From assembly GCF_964355755.1 (NCBI RefSeq), contig NC_092671.1:10292001-10356000 (forward strand): 64,000 nucleotides of DNA. Direction: 5' to 3'. This document shows, one piece after another, positions 1-13,000 of the stretch. Below the pieces are notes generated by a model. It was not told the DNA's origin and searched no databases. It saw only the letters and a program-made list of their open reading frames with translations. The position numbers were made by a program, and so were the translations under genes. The DNA comes from Antedon mediterranea. Taxonomy: Eukaryota; Animalia; Echinodermata. Positions within the stretch are counted from its first letter, which is position 1; the number at the start of each line of letters is the position of its first letter.

Positions 1-3000
1 TAAAATTGGAATAGATCAATCACCTTTTGATGAAAAGCAATATAAACACTAATTATGTGTTACATTGTTTAGAAAAGGAAGCAGTCTTTTAAAACATTTT
101 AACTTACCTCAGAGAGAAAACAAATAAATTGTGTAAAAACAATGTTTTCTATACTAAATATAACAGCAATGATAAATGTTAATTTCATATACTGTTTATG
201 TAAAGACATATATATTCAGTGTGTTAATTTGTTAAATTAATCACTTTATCGTGACAAGGAAAAATAACATTTTTGACAAAGTTGTCATAAACAAATACAT
301 TTCCTCTGTCAATATATCTTAATTTAAAATAGAAAAATATTAACATGAAATGTAATTTCAACAATATATCTTTATAAAAATATATTTATCTTAAAACTCT
401 GTCTTCTTTACTTTGTTTCTTCATTTGTCAAAGCCTTGTCAAAAGTTTGAATACATTTTGTTCAATATCTTGATAACAAAGTCATTAGACACTATTTTTA
501 CATTTCTATCCATTTATTCTATTGATTATATTGTATATTAACAACAACAAAATGAGATCTTTGACAACTGAAATTTGAATAAATACAACTGAAAAAATGT
601 ACGTAAAAATACATTTGAATCAACTAAAAGTTCTTGGTTTGCTATTGAGGTGTCCAGTGTATATATTATTATTTTTCTTTTACTTTAAGATTACTTTCAG
701 ATATACCGTAGATGTATCATGTTTTTACTTCTTTTTTTTACTTAAAACATTTTTAATTATACTCTTGTATACCTCCGAAACAGAAAATCAGTAAGATAAG
801 ACTATTGATATTTTTGTTGACACTTTGTCCAAATTTAAGTCTAAAGTTCTTAAATCGATTTAAGTTTGCCATTTTGTATGTTTCATGTTTTGTATTTTTA
901 TGTGCTTTTAATTCTATATTTTTATCTAAAGAGTTTTAAGGCATCCTGTAATTGGGGATTTTTTGCTGTTGGATGTGGTTGAAATAAAATAAAATAAAAA
1001 AATAAAAAAGTAGTAACATTACCGAAAATGCAATCCAGCCAAAATAAAGAGTAAATATTAATAATTATATTGTATTATTATAATTTTGAGTTCCCATTTC
1101 CATAACCTTTGATGACGTTCTGTACATAACCTTATGTTTAAGTTTATGGAATAAAAATTGATTTGATTAATTAGTTTACTTGTACTTATTTATTAATAAT
1201 TTGTTAAATAAAATTTATCTTTCTTATAGTTATTGTTATCTTTTATTATTAATTACTAATGTAAATTAGGCTATATCATAATATTATTTCTATTATTACG
1301 ATTTTTTATTACAAAAATCATTGTACTATATAATATTACTATGGTCATTATTATGTTTAATTGCTTGATTAAATAAAGAACGAATTAAGAGAAAAAACAA
1401 ATTATTAAAAAATGTAGTAGCATTAGAAGAAAAACTCATGACTAAACAAGATAACAAATAAAACTAATGTACTGCAATGATTATATTATCTCATTAATCT
1501 TGAAGTTTCCGATCAAAAGATAATAAACGATGGTAATAATGTTATTCATATCAAAGAATTTCAACAATGGTAAACGTATGTACAATGTAGAGTAATCTAA
1601 AGGCTATTAACTAAACGTCATTTCACTGCCTGAGATATTCAACTTTATTTATCAATGTCCAACTATTAATTATTTTTTTCTCCACTTTGTTCCATTGCCT
1701 CAATTATATATGGCTTTCTTAAAGTCCATGTTAAAATAAATCTTACTCATTTCTGAACGGCGCTCTATCTGTCACGAGTGAGCCACAGGGTGCGTAGACT
1801 TACGCCGACGACTTTATGTTTTTAAGTCACATGATATTTTAGCCTAGTGCACATTGTACAGCTGTGAAGAGAGTAAGATTGATGCCTTTTGCTATATTTG
1901 ATCAAAAATTGAAATTTTATTTCTTTTGAAATTGTTATTGATGACTTTAAAGATTCTTTGTTTTAAAACTCAGCTTAAACTTTATAATGATGAAAATAAA
2001 CGACAGATAAATTATATTTTAAAAAAGAGACTTGATTCACCAAAAATACTATTGCAATATAAAATAAATTCAATAAATATTATAATATCAATTATGTTAA
2101 TTGTAAGGAAATCATTTTGATAAATATGCATTCGTAAGTTTATAAAACAGAAAAGTTTACGTAGAAATTTTACAACAATTTAACTTGTTTCTAATCGTAC
2201 CTATGTGTATACTTAAAGCCTTCACTAATTATCCCATACACAACTAATGTGCATTTTGCGTTAGCGTACTTGGGTGACGAGTTCTTCTCGTACGTGAAAT
2301 TGTGCAAGCAATTAGGTTTACTTTGTCCAAAGGAATTAGTGTCTTAATGAGCAAGAAAGTGTGGCCTGGACACCAATCTATATGGTATTTACACGTTAAG
2401 TGTTAGAATATTATTGTGTTAGCAGACAATTTGCACATTAACATGTTTGATTGCAGTCTTACTGCGTCCAAGTCTAGCTCTAGGGATATGCACGTTATTA
2501 AACTATAAATGTAGACAACACATCACGTCTATTTATCATCTGTTATTCTAACGCACATTTTACAATTTCTAACACAAAGGATAATTTATTGCCACAGGAT
2601 TGGTTGCAAAAACATTTCAGGTTTTTTGAAAAAAAAATAAATAAAATAAAAAAATTTAAATAAAACCTGCAACAGGCTAAAAGTTAATGAAATTATAAGT
2701 AAAGATTTAAACCTGACGAATGACAAACAAAACAATCTGCAAATCAGAATCTAACAAATAACAAGAAATTATTATCTAACAAGAAACTAACTTCTAACAA
2801 ACAAAGTAAACAACCTCAACTGATTGAATGGAATTGGTGTTTTTTCAGATACCCACCATGGGGCTGTGCATACCCATACGTTTTCAAACATGCGCATAAT
2901 GACTTTACAACTCGACATCTACACAGTCTCGTAAAAACTAAGTCACCATAAGATATCTGAAAATCCAAATCAGGTCTGAGCACAGTTTCATATTTCATGA

Positions 3001-3520
3001 ATCAAAAAAGTCGGTGGTCCAAACAACCATAAGATTGAATAAAAAGAGTGTTTTCAGGTACTTTAGTAAACCCTTTGATGGAATAAAGGTGAAAGAGAAA
3101 ATGTTACAGAAGAAGGAAAATGAACAAAACGAACTATCATTTTACTCGTTCCTCAAGAATGATGAGGTGTAACTTTAAATAAGAGCTTGTCTCAAAAATT
3201 GCATGGAGCAAATGTACAGATCTTAGTAAACTAAATGATGTACACAACTACATAGCTATGCCCCAGATTAGATGAAGTTCATGGGTGTTCTGTGAAACAA
3301 CAAGACAAGTGCTACACGCACTCCCTCTTGTGTTCCACGAGGCAACATACACTCAATCTCTCAACGTTCAATTTGCAATCGTCCATCATTTTGAGAATTC
3401 TAAATCTGGGCAAAAGTGCAAAACTGAAACATTTGTTAAGACAGGGATATGAAATGTAGAACTCAATACGAAATATAATATTATTATTGAAGATGAGGAA
3501 ATTTGTGAGAATGAGAAAAA

Positions 3521-3580
3521 GTCCAAACCAAGATTCGAACCTTGATATGCAGATGTCCTAACCATTAGACCACTGGGGCT
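3521..3580 (-). mobile_element. tRNA-derived SINE head (degenerate)
   Basis: Minus strand reads cagTGGTCTAATGGttagg (A box) ... GGTTCGAATC (B box), without a complete cloverleaf. Similar B-box remnants lie near 25369-25381 and 29270-29283. Confidence 0.55.
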
Positions 3581-5940
3581 GTAAGGGTATTATTGTTCAA
3601 ACCCTATTGGACAGCAACTCTTTTAACACTCTTGGCGTAGTACGGGGAACAGCACTAGTCCCTCAATTGTACACACACACACACCAGAGATCAAATTGAT
3701 ATGCCTACATCTTTCAGTATATTAATTCACAAAGCAGGATCTCCAAAGACACATCATTAATTTCTGAATATCTCACATGATGCTACCTAGTAAATTCATT
3801 AATTATGTGTGGGAATTTAAAAAAATCTTGTCAAATTAAATACATATTTTAAAAAATTTTGCTGTTCACATACCCATTGTAACCTTAAACCTAACTTCTT
3901 AAATTGATACACAGGCAAGCAAATCCCTAAAATGTAAATTGCAAAACACACATCTTGTGGTGGTGTCAAGCCACAATGACAATGATTAATGCCTTATAAA
4001 AAAAAACTAAATATACCCTTTTTTCATGATGTATGCATTCATACATGTTGGTGATATATCCTACATTTTACATGTCTCCTTCTTCCGCAGGATATTTTCC
4101 ATCATGTTGTGGTAAAGGGATCATTTCTCATGGATTATAGTTCAAAATCAAGGTTTTTAGCAAAAATTTACTATCATAATATGCAATATTATTAATAGGA
4201 TTAAACTTGATTCAATATTGTTGTTTAGTATTGTAGTTTATCAACACAAAAATTCATTAAAAAAAAAAGTATTTCATACACATCTATAACAGCAAGTAAC
4301 GTGATAGGATATGGATAAACTATATCATGTTAATTCTCATTTGAGGTGTAGGGATTTGAGTAGAACCAGACATAAGTTAGAATCTAGATCATTACTATTA
4401 TTTATTCATTTTAAATTTTAACAGATAATCAACAGATCATCTAATATTTAACAAAAACTTTGAGGCATGTCACTGGATTTGAAGCAAAGACCACGGAACA
4501 AATTTAACCGACTGCTAATTATATTTCAAACGTTTTAATACAGTAATTGTGTTTTTCTTTTGTGCATAATATAAGAATCAGACTTTAAACAAAAAAAAAC
4601 ATTTTTCAAGTTGAGCAACTTCTCACAAAAAGAAACCTATAGATCAATATAAAAAGGCAAATAAACTATTTCTGATGGTTGCATAACAAAATCTAACAGG
4701 AAAATAGATAAGGGGAAAAAAAGAGGAAAAAGGTTTAAACATAACTGATCATCTAAATCTTCATAGCTATACATCTCAGTCTACAAGGATTATTTCAAAA
4801 GGACAATTTACAAATGAGTATACATCGTCTTTTAAAGGGGTGAAGGACGGGGGGTTTTAAATCGTAGTTTGTTGACATTCTCATTTCTCTGTTAAAGTTC
4901 ACAGAGGGTACAAAAGGTCGAAGAATAAATGAAAAACAAGTGAGGAAACATACTAGAGAGATTCGAGTAAAATTACTCGGGTAATCAGTCTGTAAATTAA
5001 CTACTTTGAGACAGAAAGAGCGGCGATAGTAAAGACACATCCTTCAATTGTATTATTTGATTGAATAAATGAGTATATGAGCTAGTATGTCTATTTTGCT
5101 TGTAAACCATTCTACTATACTCTTTCAAATATATTACATAACAATGTAATGTAAATCTATCAAAAGACAGCGAAATGTCTTTAAAATTGATACATACTTT
5201 TTACTAATGACATCCAGGTAGTAAATACTCCTGATGGACAATGTACAATAAAAAAACATTTTGATAAATTTGATACGTCAATATCTGACTAATCGGAGAT
5301 AAATAATTGATTAAGTAATTGATCATTTTAAGTAGCACTAAATTAAAAGTATTCAATGCAAGAAGTTAGTGGCCATCGACATGAAAATTCTTTTTGTCCA
5401 ATCAAAACAGTAAAATAAGTATGGCAAATAAATACAATTTGTAGCAGAAAGCAATCATAACAAATTAGATTAGTTTCCAAACTTTAAGTTAAAAGATAAT
5501 AATGCTGGTTTAAATGACTACTTTAAATAGATAATTTTCAAGGCAAACTTAGAATGTAACCATTTAACCATTTCACTGTAATTTTTTTTCAATGCTTTTG
5601 TGACCCATAATGACCTCCAAAATTCCAAAATTATTTATTACTAAATTAGTATATTATTTCCTAACAATTCATAATCAAGAACATCTTATCTGGAAAAAAA
5701 ATACAATTTGATGTAAACATTTTATAAAGGGGAAAACAATTTAATACAGTTAAATGTCAAAATGTCTTGGCGAACAAGCATTTAATAGATTTCAATAATA
5801 AGCTAAGATTACTTTTATTGCAACTTTTAAGACAGTTGAATTATAAAAAATATCATATTAAAATATCAAAGTTTGCTTGAAAACAATAGAAGATTAAATG
5901 GGAAATCTTAGTTTGGAGAAAATAATTGCTTGAGATGTTA

Positions 5941-6101
5941 AGCTCTATCTACTCTATCAAACTTTATGTGACAAACAAATGTGATGTGTCCATTATATGG
6001 ACATGATTATGTCATATCACTACCCTATTTGGGAATATCACTACCATATTTGGGCACATCACACTTTTTTGTTGAACTAGTTTGATAGTATAGACAGAGC
6101 T
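5941..6101. mobile_element. MITE family A (PIF/Harbinger-Tourist-like), intact copy
   Basis: About 23-bp imperfect TIRs agctctatctactctatcaaact / agtttgatagtatagacagagct, with TTA on both flanks; three more copies in the window. Confidence 0.8.
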
Positions 6102-6887
6102 TTATATGTTTAAAGAATTGGATTGAAGTGTTGGATATAGGGATAAAAAAAGAGGACGAGTCAGTGACAGATACATGGGATACAAAAGAAGAGGAAGAAT
6201 CATAATTGGGAGATATGGAATGATATCCGGTAAATTCAACAAAACTGAATGATGAAACTTGTGTTATTATGCTTTAATTCCTTAAGAATTCATTTTAAAA
6301 AGTTGAATATCCAACCAGGACACAAACAACATGACTTTCAACAATACTCTATAACTTGTAATAATCCATTAGATGTGCCATTTTTTTTGTGTCAACCAAT
6401 TTATTTATGATCTAAATGACAGCGATTATTCTGATTAATTTTAAAAACCAAATTTATAAGCAAATTTGATTGAGTTGCATGGAAAACTATCAATAATCAA
6501 AATAATGTTACCTCTTTTTAGTTTTCAGATCAGTGACTTTACCACAATGTTTGGAAAATTTATGATGTTGTGAATGATATAGATTTAATCAGTAGCTAAC
6601 AATTAGCACATTCATTTTTAATATTTTAAGTGAGAAAATATACAGTAATCCATTTACACTCAGATATCAAATGGTGGGCATGCATGTTTTTCAACACCAA
6701 GAATTAAACAAACCAAAAACAAATTTTTCATTATGGTACTACATTAAATTAAACCAAATCAATTTTTTTTTGCTATATTCACACAAACACAAAAAAAATA
6801 TTAATACACAGTAATTATAAGTTATCATCATTAAAGACAAACAATTAAAACATTAAATATTGAAAGCAGTAACTGGCTGTTACTTAC

Positions 6888-7069
6888 TGTGCACGGTGGT
6901 TGAAGCCACGGTTCACCATCAATTTGCATAGGTAACCGTTTCCGTGTACGTATAGTGACTGTGGAGCATTGGGCAAGCCGTCGCCCAGAAGAACGAATCC
7001 CTGCTTTCACTTGCCCAACATGAAGTGAACTATCTAAGCCTACAACCTCGATCTTCTTATCTCCAATTG
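6888..7069 (-). CDS. DGKB: DGK exon: (S)[11 protein letters not shown]...[31 protein letters not shown]
   Basis: 182 nt, ttaatag acceptor, gtaagt donor, phase 1 to 0. Confidence 0.96.
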
Positions 7070-10000
7070 CTATTAAAAATGAAAGTCAATTTATAGTATT
7101 CAAAATGTGGAAATAATAATGTTAAAAGTTTATTAATATTCCTAGAAAACAATACTAAAATAATAATATATATTTTAAATTTTTTTTTAGTACATAAAGA
7201 CTGTTTGATATTCTTAAGCTCAATTTTAATTTAGTATTATTTTGTTGTTAAAAAAAAAAAAACATTTCACAATGTGTGAATAAGGGCTGAATTAAATTTG
7301 TTTTTCTTACATATTGTGCTGTGTTAAATGAGTTAGGTTAGTGTTTTTTTTTCATTTTCTCCCTCACTTTATTTGGTGGTTTATAGGTCAAGGCAATGAC
7401 CAATGACATACGTAGGTCCTATGCCATCAATCATCCCAAATCACAAGCTCCATATTGGGCACACACCTACATCAAGCCTAGTTGTAAACTTACATTGTTC
7501 AGCAGATAGCAGATCTACATTTGACTGTGTAGCTGCAACATTAGTGTGGCCCGAATCTTTCTGTTTCTGCGCCCTCTTTGCAATCCTGGCACGCTTCTTT
7601 GTGCTAGGGTTCTCGCCCCAAAGGTTCGATCCGCCATAGATGCTCGGGATATTCAAGATCGCAATTCCCTCAAGTGAAGGCCCGTTTGCGAGGTCTAGTG
7701 ATACACCATCGCACTATTTGATAAAATAAAACCAAATGGTAAACATTGCAGTTAATATGTGTTGAAATATGGGAAAATTTTAAATACAAATTAATACAAC
7801 TCCATTTTGGTCCGGCTTTGAAATGTTCTAATATTTTTCCAATAAAAATGTCAAATGGTGACCTTGAAAATGAATGACAGTGCTTGTGAAAAACTGAAAG
7901 TAACGTAAAAGCACAAGTATCAAGTGGATTGTACGAAAAGCCTGCATTAAAAAACATGATATCTTCAGAAATAACCGAGATCAAAAGTTTAGCATCCGAT
8001 ACATAGTAACGATCATGAAATTAAATCTATGAAACATTCAGACTTACACATTTGTTTAGGAAGCTTCTCGCAAAATGATTTTGGACTTGCAATTGCTCTT
8101 AGTGTAAGCATTAATTAATTTGTCCCTTTCAAATAAATTAAACGCACATCATTCAAATCACTGCTTACCTTAATTCCACAATCGAAAATATCACGGAATG
8201 CGCCATTTATCAAATGGCAATGATGCGAAATGAGAATTGTATTTGTCTTAGGATAATTTGCAGTACCACTCATGTTGACAAGAAGGACATTTGCCAATTT
8301 CTAGAGGACTAGAATTTTAATTTTAAAAACGAAATAAAGGTCGGACATTCAAGAATGATGCTTTGTGAATTACCTGTAAACATTAGCGCAGTGCAATGAA
8401 TCTTTACGTTGCTTAAAAGATTAACTAGTGGACTGAATCCGAAATGTCCATGTAGTTTAAGTGGATTCAAGCAAACTAACGAGCAATTGACTGAAACTTT
8501 TAACGAAGAAATTGTAAGAGTAAGAGAAACATGTTTTGCCTTGACTAGGAGGTTAAGGAGATTAGCTCGTAAAGTGGGAATTCTCACAATCTAAAGATGT
8601 TGTAAAGCACATTGTTTTTGAAATGTTAAAACTAATAAAACTCATAAAACTCCTAAACACAGACGGATTATTTTTTAGATGACAGTATTTTACGCTAGAG
8701 TAAGCAGAACAAAAACAACAACAACGATCAATATAAAGCATTATGCATTTATAGTGGATTAGTACGATAGAATTCAAGAGAACTTTTGTTTGCTGTGGTG
8801 TGAGGGGGAAGGGGAGGAAGGAACGGATAGGAAAGAATGGATAGGGATGAATGGATAGGGGGGAATGAATAGGGAGGAATGAATAGGGAGGAAGGGACAG
8901 GAAGGAATGGATAGGAAGGAATTAATAGGAAGGAATGAATAAGGAAGAAGGGACAGGGAGGAATGGATAGGAAGGAATGAATAGGGAGGAAGGGACGGGA
9001 AGGAATGGATAGGAAGGAATTAATAGGAAGGAATGAATAGGGAGGAAGGGACAGGGAGGAATGGATAGGAAGGAATGAATAGGGAGGAATGAATAGGGAG
9101 GAAAGGCCAGGGAGGAATAGATAGTAAGGAATGGATAGGAAGGAATAGAGATGAAGGAAGGGACATGGAGGAATGGATAGGGAGGAAAGAAGGGATTTAG
9201 GAGGGAGGAAGGGATGAAGTTGGGAGGAAGGGATGGATAGGGAGAGAAGAAGGGACGAGGAGGGAAGAAGGGATGAGGTTAAGAGGAAGGGATGGAGAGG
9301 AAGGATGGAATGGAGAGGGAGGAAGGGACGGAAAGGGAAGAACGGATGGGGGAAGAAGTAAGGAATGGGAAGAAGAAAAGGGGAAAAGGGATAGGCGGAA
9401 GGAAGGTGCAGCTTTCAATGGTGGATTTGTCACTTTCCTTCCCAGTTTTAGAAACAAATTGAAGTATTGTAGATTTGGTAACAATTCTTACCATAATGTC
9501 AATATCTTCATGTAAATTTTTACAAGTTGATGAAAAGGTTTCTGAAGTTCCAAATTCAAAATACCAAAGTTTATTTTTCATTCGACTGTTAAACTTCTCT
9601 GGGTGGCGCTCTCTCATTTGATGGAATCTGTTTGCGATGGCCGCATCCTATTAAAGACAAATATTCATAATTCGTACATTTAATAGAATAATATTCAACA
9701 TGGGTAATTAAATCAAATAACCTGTTTTAATCTAAAGTTGAATGGTTTAGTAAGTTCAATGATTTCAGTTAAAGTTGAGTGTGGCTACACTAGTTGTTGC
9801 CATGCCATCCACCTCAAACCAATACCAACGTAGATACTAATTATGTATGTTGTAATCTTAATTACGCTGAGGTGATTATATAAATTATCTTAACAAATCC
9901 ACTATTAATTCTCTCCTGTGACATAACTTACCACACCGATAGAGAAGTAGTTATTTATGATGTTGTAAGGTACGGGATCACCCTGTTCTTCTGTGTTAGT

Positions 10001-13000
10001 TGTGCTGAATTCAATATGCCACCTGTCAAGGTATACCATTCTTGAATTCTCTAAATCCTTCATTGTTTTCGTTAGACTAGCTCCAACATAACCTATCAAG
10101 AAAAAACAGAATAGAATCAAACTTGCTTTTCAGTCATGTATCTAAAACACTGAACTGAATAAAAGAAAAAAACAAGAAAAAAAAAGTTTTACTTTCTCTA
10201 TAGGTTCTTTAGTATAACACGTGTTTAACTGACATTGTCATTTAAGATTATACATTGAAACGTATCTGCAATTCATTATGATCATTATTACGATTTCTTT
10301 AGGTACGCCTCAATACTTGTTATCAGTTGTAGTGTCTAATAAGGGTCAAAGGTCAATCATGTTTTTCTTAACTTAACCTGTTCAATGTTAAGTTCACATT
10401 TGTTGGTATTGAGGCACTTAGCTAAACAACAAAGTACACAGAACAATTAGTTAATGACTGTTTAATACCTCCAATATTAATGTGTTTGTTTCTATTCTAA
10501 CAGTTTGTCAGTACACGTTTCAGTTTTACTAAACAGCTAACATTTTCTTATAAATTTTACGATTATAAATGTGAGGGTATTAATTAAAAACATTGAATAA
10601 TTTTCAATGATACTTTGGTTTACTTTCTTACAATTGTACAATAAAAAAATGTGTGCATGATAGCATTTTTTTGTTATAAAACATTTGGAAATAAAATGTT
10701 TATAATTATTGATCAAGGAAAATTATAATGTACATATCATTATAAGAAATAATTATTTATATAAGATATTTTTGTATTAATTAATTAAATTTCAGTATAT
10801 CATGTTTGAATTCATGTTTTGTGCCTGTTGTGTTTATATATAAATATATAAATAGACATATCACATATTCAAAATCTGAAACAAGATTTGAATTACTCTA
10901 CACAAAACTGGAAAAATGTATTTTATAATGAAAATAATTTTTGTTTTCATTGTCAGTTATACTAAACAAATGTTTTTAGAAAACACATGTAACAGACCAG
11001 TTTTAATTGATTATTAAAAGAAAAAGGTCAAACAAATCTCACCTCCACCCCAGTTTAAGCAGCGTGCTAAATCATTGCCTGTACCTAAGGGCAACACAGC
11101 CACTGGCGGACGATTCGGTAAGTTCAACTTATCTGTAAAAGAAATAATCATCATCGAAACAAGACCCTGAACCTGCCAAGCATTGGATACATTTGATTAA
11201 ACTAATGATCACATAGTGATTGTATTTATGTGTACATTACTTATATTATTTTATTTATCTCTATCTTATATACGACAACAATTTCTGGATCACAAAACTG
11301 TACTCCCCGAAAACTTTTCCAAAACAAGAATTTTATTCAAAATAATCCCAAATGCTTTTGTATTACAGTATTTAAAACCTGCCTTCAGAAAATAAGATTT
11401 TTTTGTGTGTGTAAATTTTTAAAATATTTTACTTAATTGTCTTAATTGGGAGAACACTGAAATATGTTACTGTATGTAAAATATGGTATCATTACATTTA
11501 GTAATCACAAGTTGACTTTATCAATGTTCTAACATCGCATGATAAACAAGATTTCATAAAGGTTAAAGTTCATCAAAGAAATCCCAAAGGCCCCAAAGTT
11601 AAAAAGAGACTTCTACTTCTGATACAGTTGTCAATTTCAAAACTATAAACAGAATCCAAAGTAAAAACACCTCTTTTCATTCGCCGAAGAAATTCTTAAG
11701 ATTATCATGAATTGGGATGAGCTGTTTTTTTCAGTTAGTTTAGCAGTTAATGGTGAGTGAAATGAGTCAAGGGAACGCAATTAACTTACTTAAGTAACGC
11801 ATTTTAACAGTACACATAACATTCTCACATTTATGACAGATATTGTACACCATTATCCTTTACTAATAGATCAAACACTCATAATAATATTTGTATTACA
11901 AATAGCAAGACAGAATGGAGATCTTTACACACAAAATTATCAAATGCTGTGGAAGATCATTATTTTTCAAAAAATTATATTATCAATTTATATCAATAAA
12001 ATTGCTTTAATAATGCTATAGCAAAATTATTGCATCAAAAATAATTCAGCAAACTTGAGAATAAGGTTGAAACAGACCAAATGAATTAAGACCAATAGGT
12101 TTTGACACTACAACAAACCTTTATTCAGGAGACAGCCCTATGAAGGAGCCATTTTGTTGGGGTCATGACATTATACTCTTTAATAGGGGTTCTAATATAT
12201 AAACCAATAATATTCTGACTATGTCATGGAATAATTTTTCCAATATTTTCTGTACTGTAATATATTACAAACTCTACACTGCGCATGGTTGTTGATACAA
12301 AAATAACAACTTACCCATGCAGTCTAAAACCCAGCCTACAGTTCCATCACCTCCACAACACAATATTCTGGCATTGTTTACCTCCCAGAAAAATTTGAGG
12401 CTAGAAAAATAACATTCATAAATTATAATTGAATTACCTAAAATAGAAAGTTTTTGATTTATGATGACCTACAGTACAATCTAGTTACGTAATGCTAATT
12501 CATTGTGGGGACATCGGGACACGCTTCCTCGCTCAATTCCATGACATAGCTTTGGCGGATCCTACGTCCGTGCAAGATAATATTTGCGTATGTCATCCGA
12601 AATTGAAACCTCCAATCTGCATTTAAAATGGTAACTAATCACCACCAACAAGTCATTATATTTTTTATTGAAACATGGTTTGTTGGAAATTGGGGATGAA
12701 AGTCAACAGTGCAGTGACATTCCTCCGGTGGGCATACATATTCATGTTTAAAAATTGTTTTATTTTTCTTATGTCAACAACATTTAAAATGCAAGTTGAT
12801 GTTAACTTTCATTTAATTATTTTATTTATTCGGTCAATTTCAATACATGAAATGAAATTGGGGAAACCATGGCCAACCTAAGTGAACTTAATCATTGTAG
12901 CAGAATCTATAATGGTACATACAGCATTATAACTTCATATTTTTTATTATATAATTGTAATTTTTAATGGAATAATTTAATGTAATATGTCAATAAACTT

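Noticed and set aside
3521-3580. Functional tRNA gene
   Set aside because: A and B boxes are present, but the anticodon arm and acceptor stem are incomplete; treated as a SINE head.
7760-8790. Degenerate transposase gene in ORFs 7670-8777
   Set aside because: The region looks TE-like, but I could not identify a protein motif, TIR pair or TSD.
9197-9515. ORFs 9197-9484 (-) and 9273-9515 (+)
   Set aside because: They are translations of the purine-rich microsatellite.
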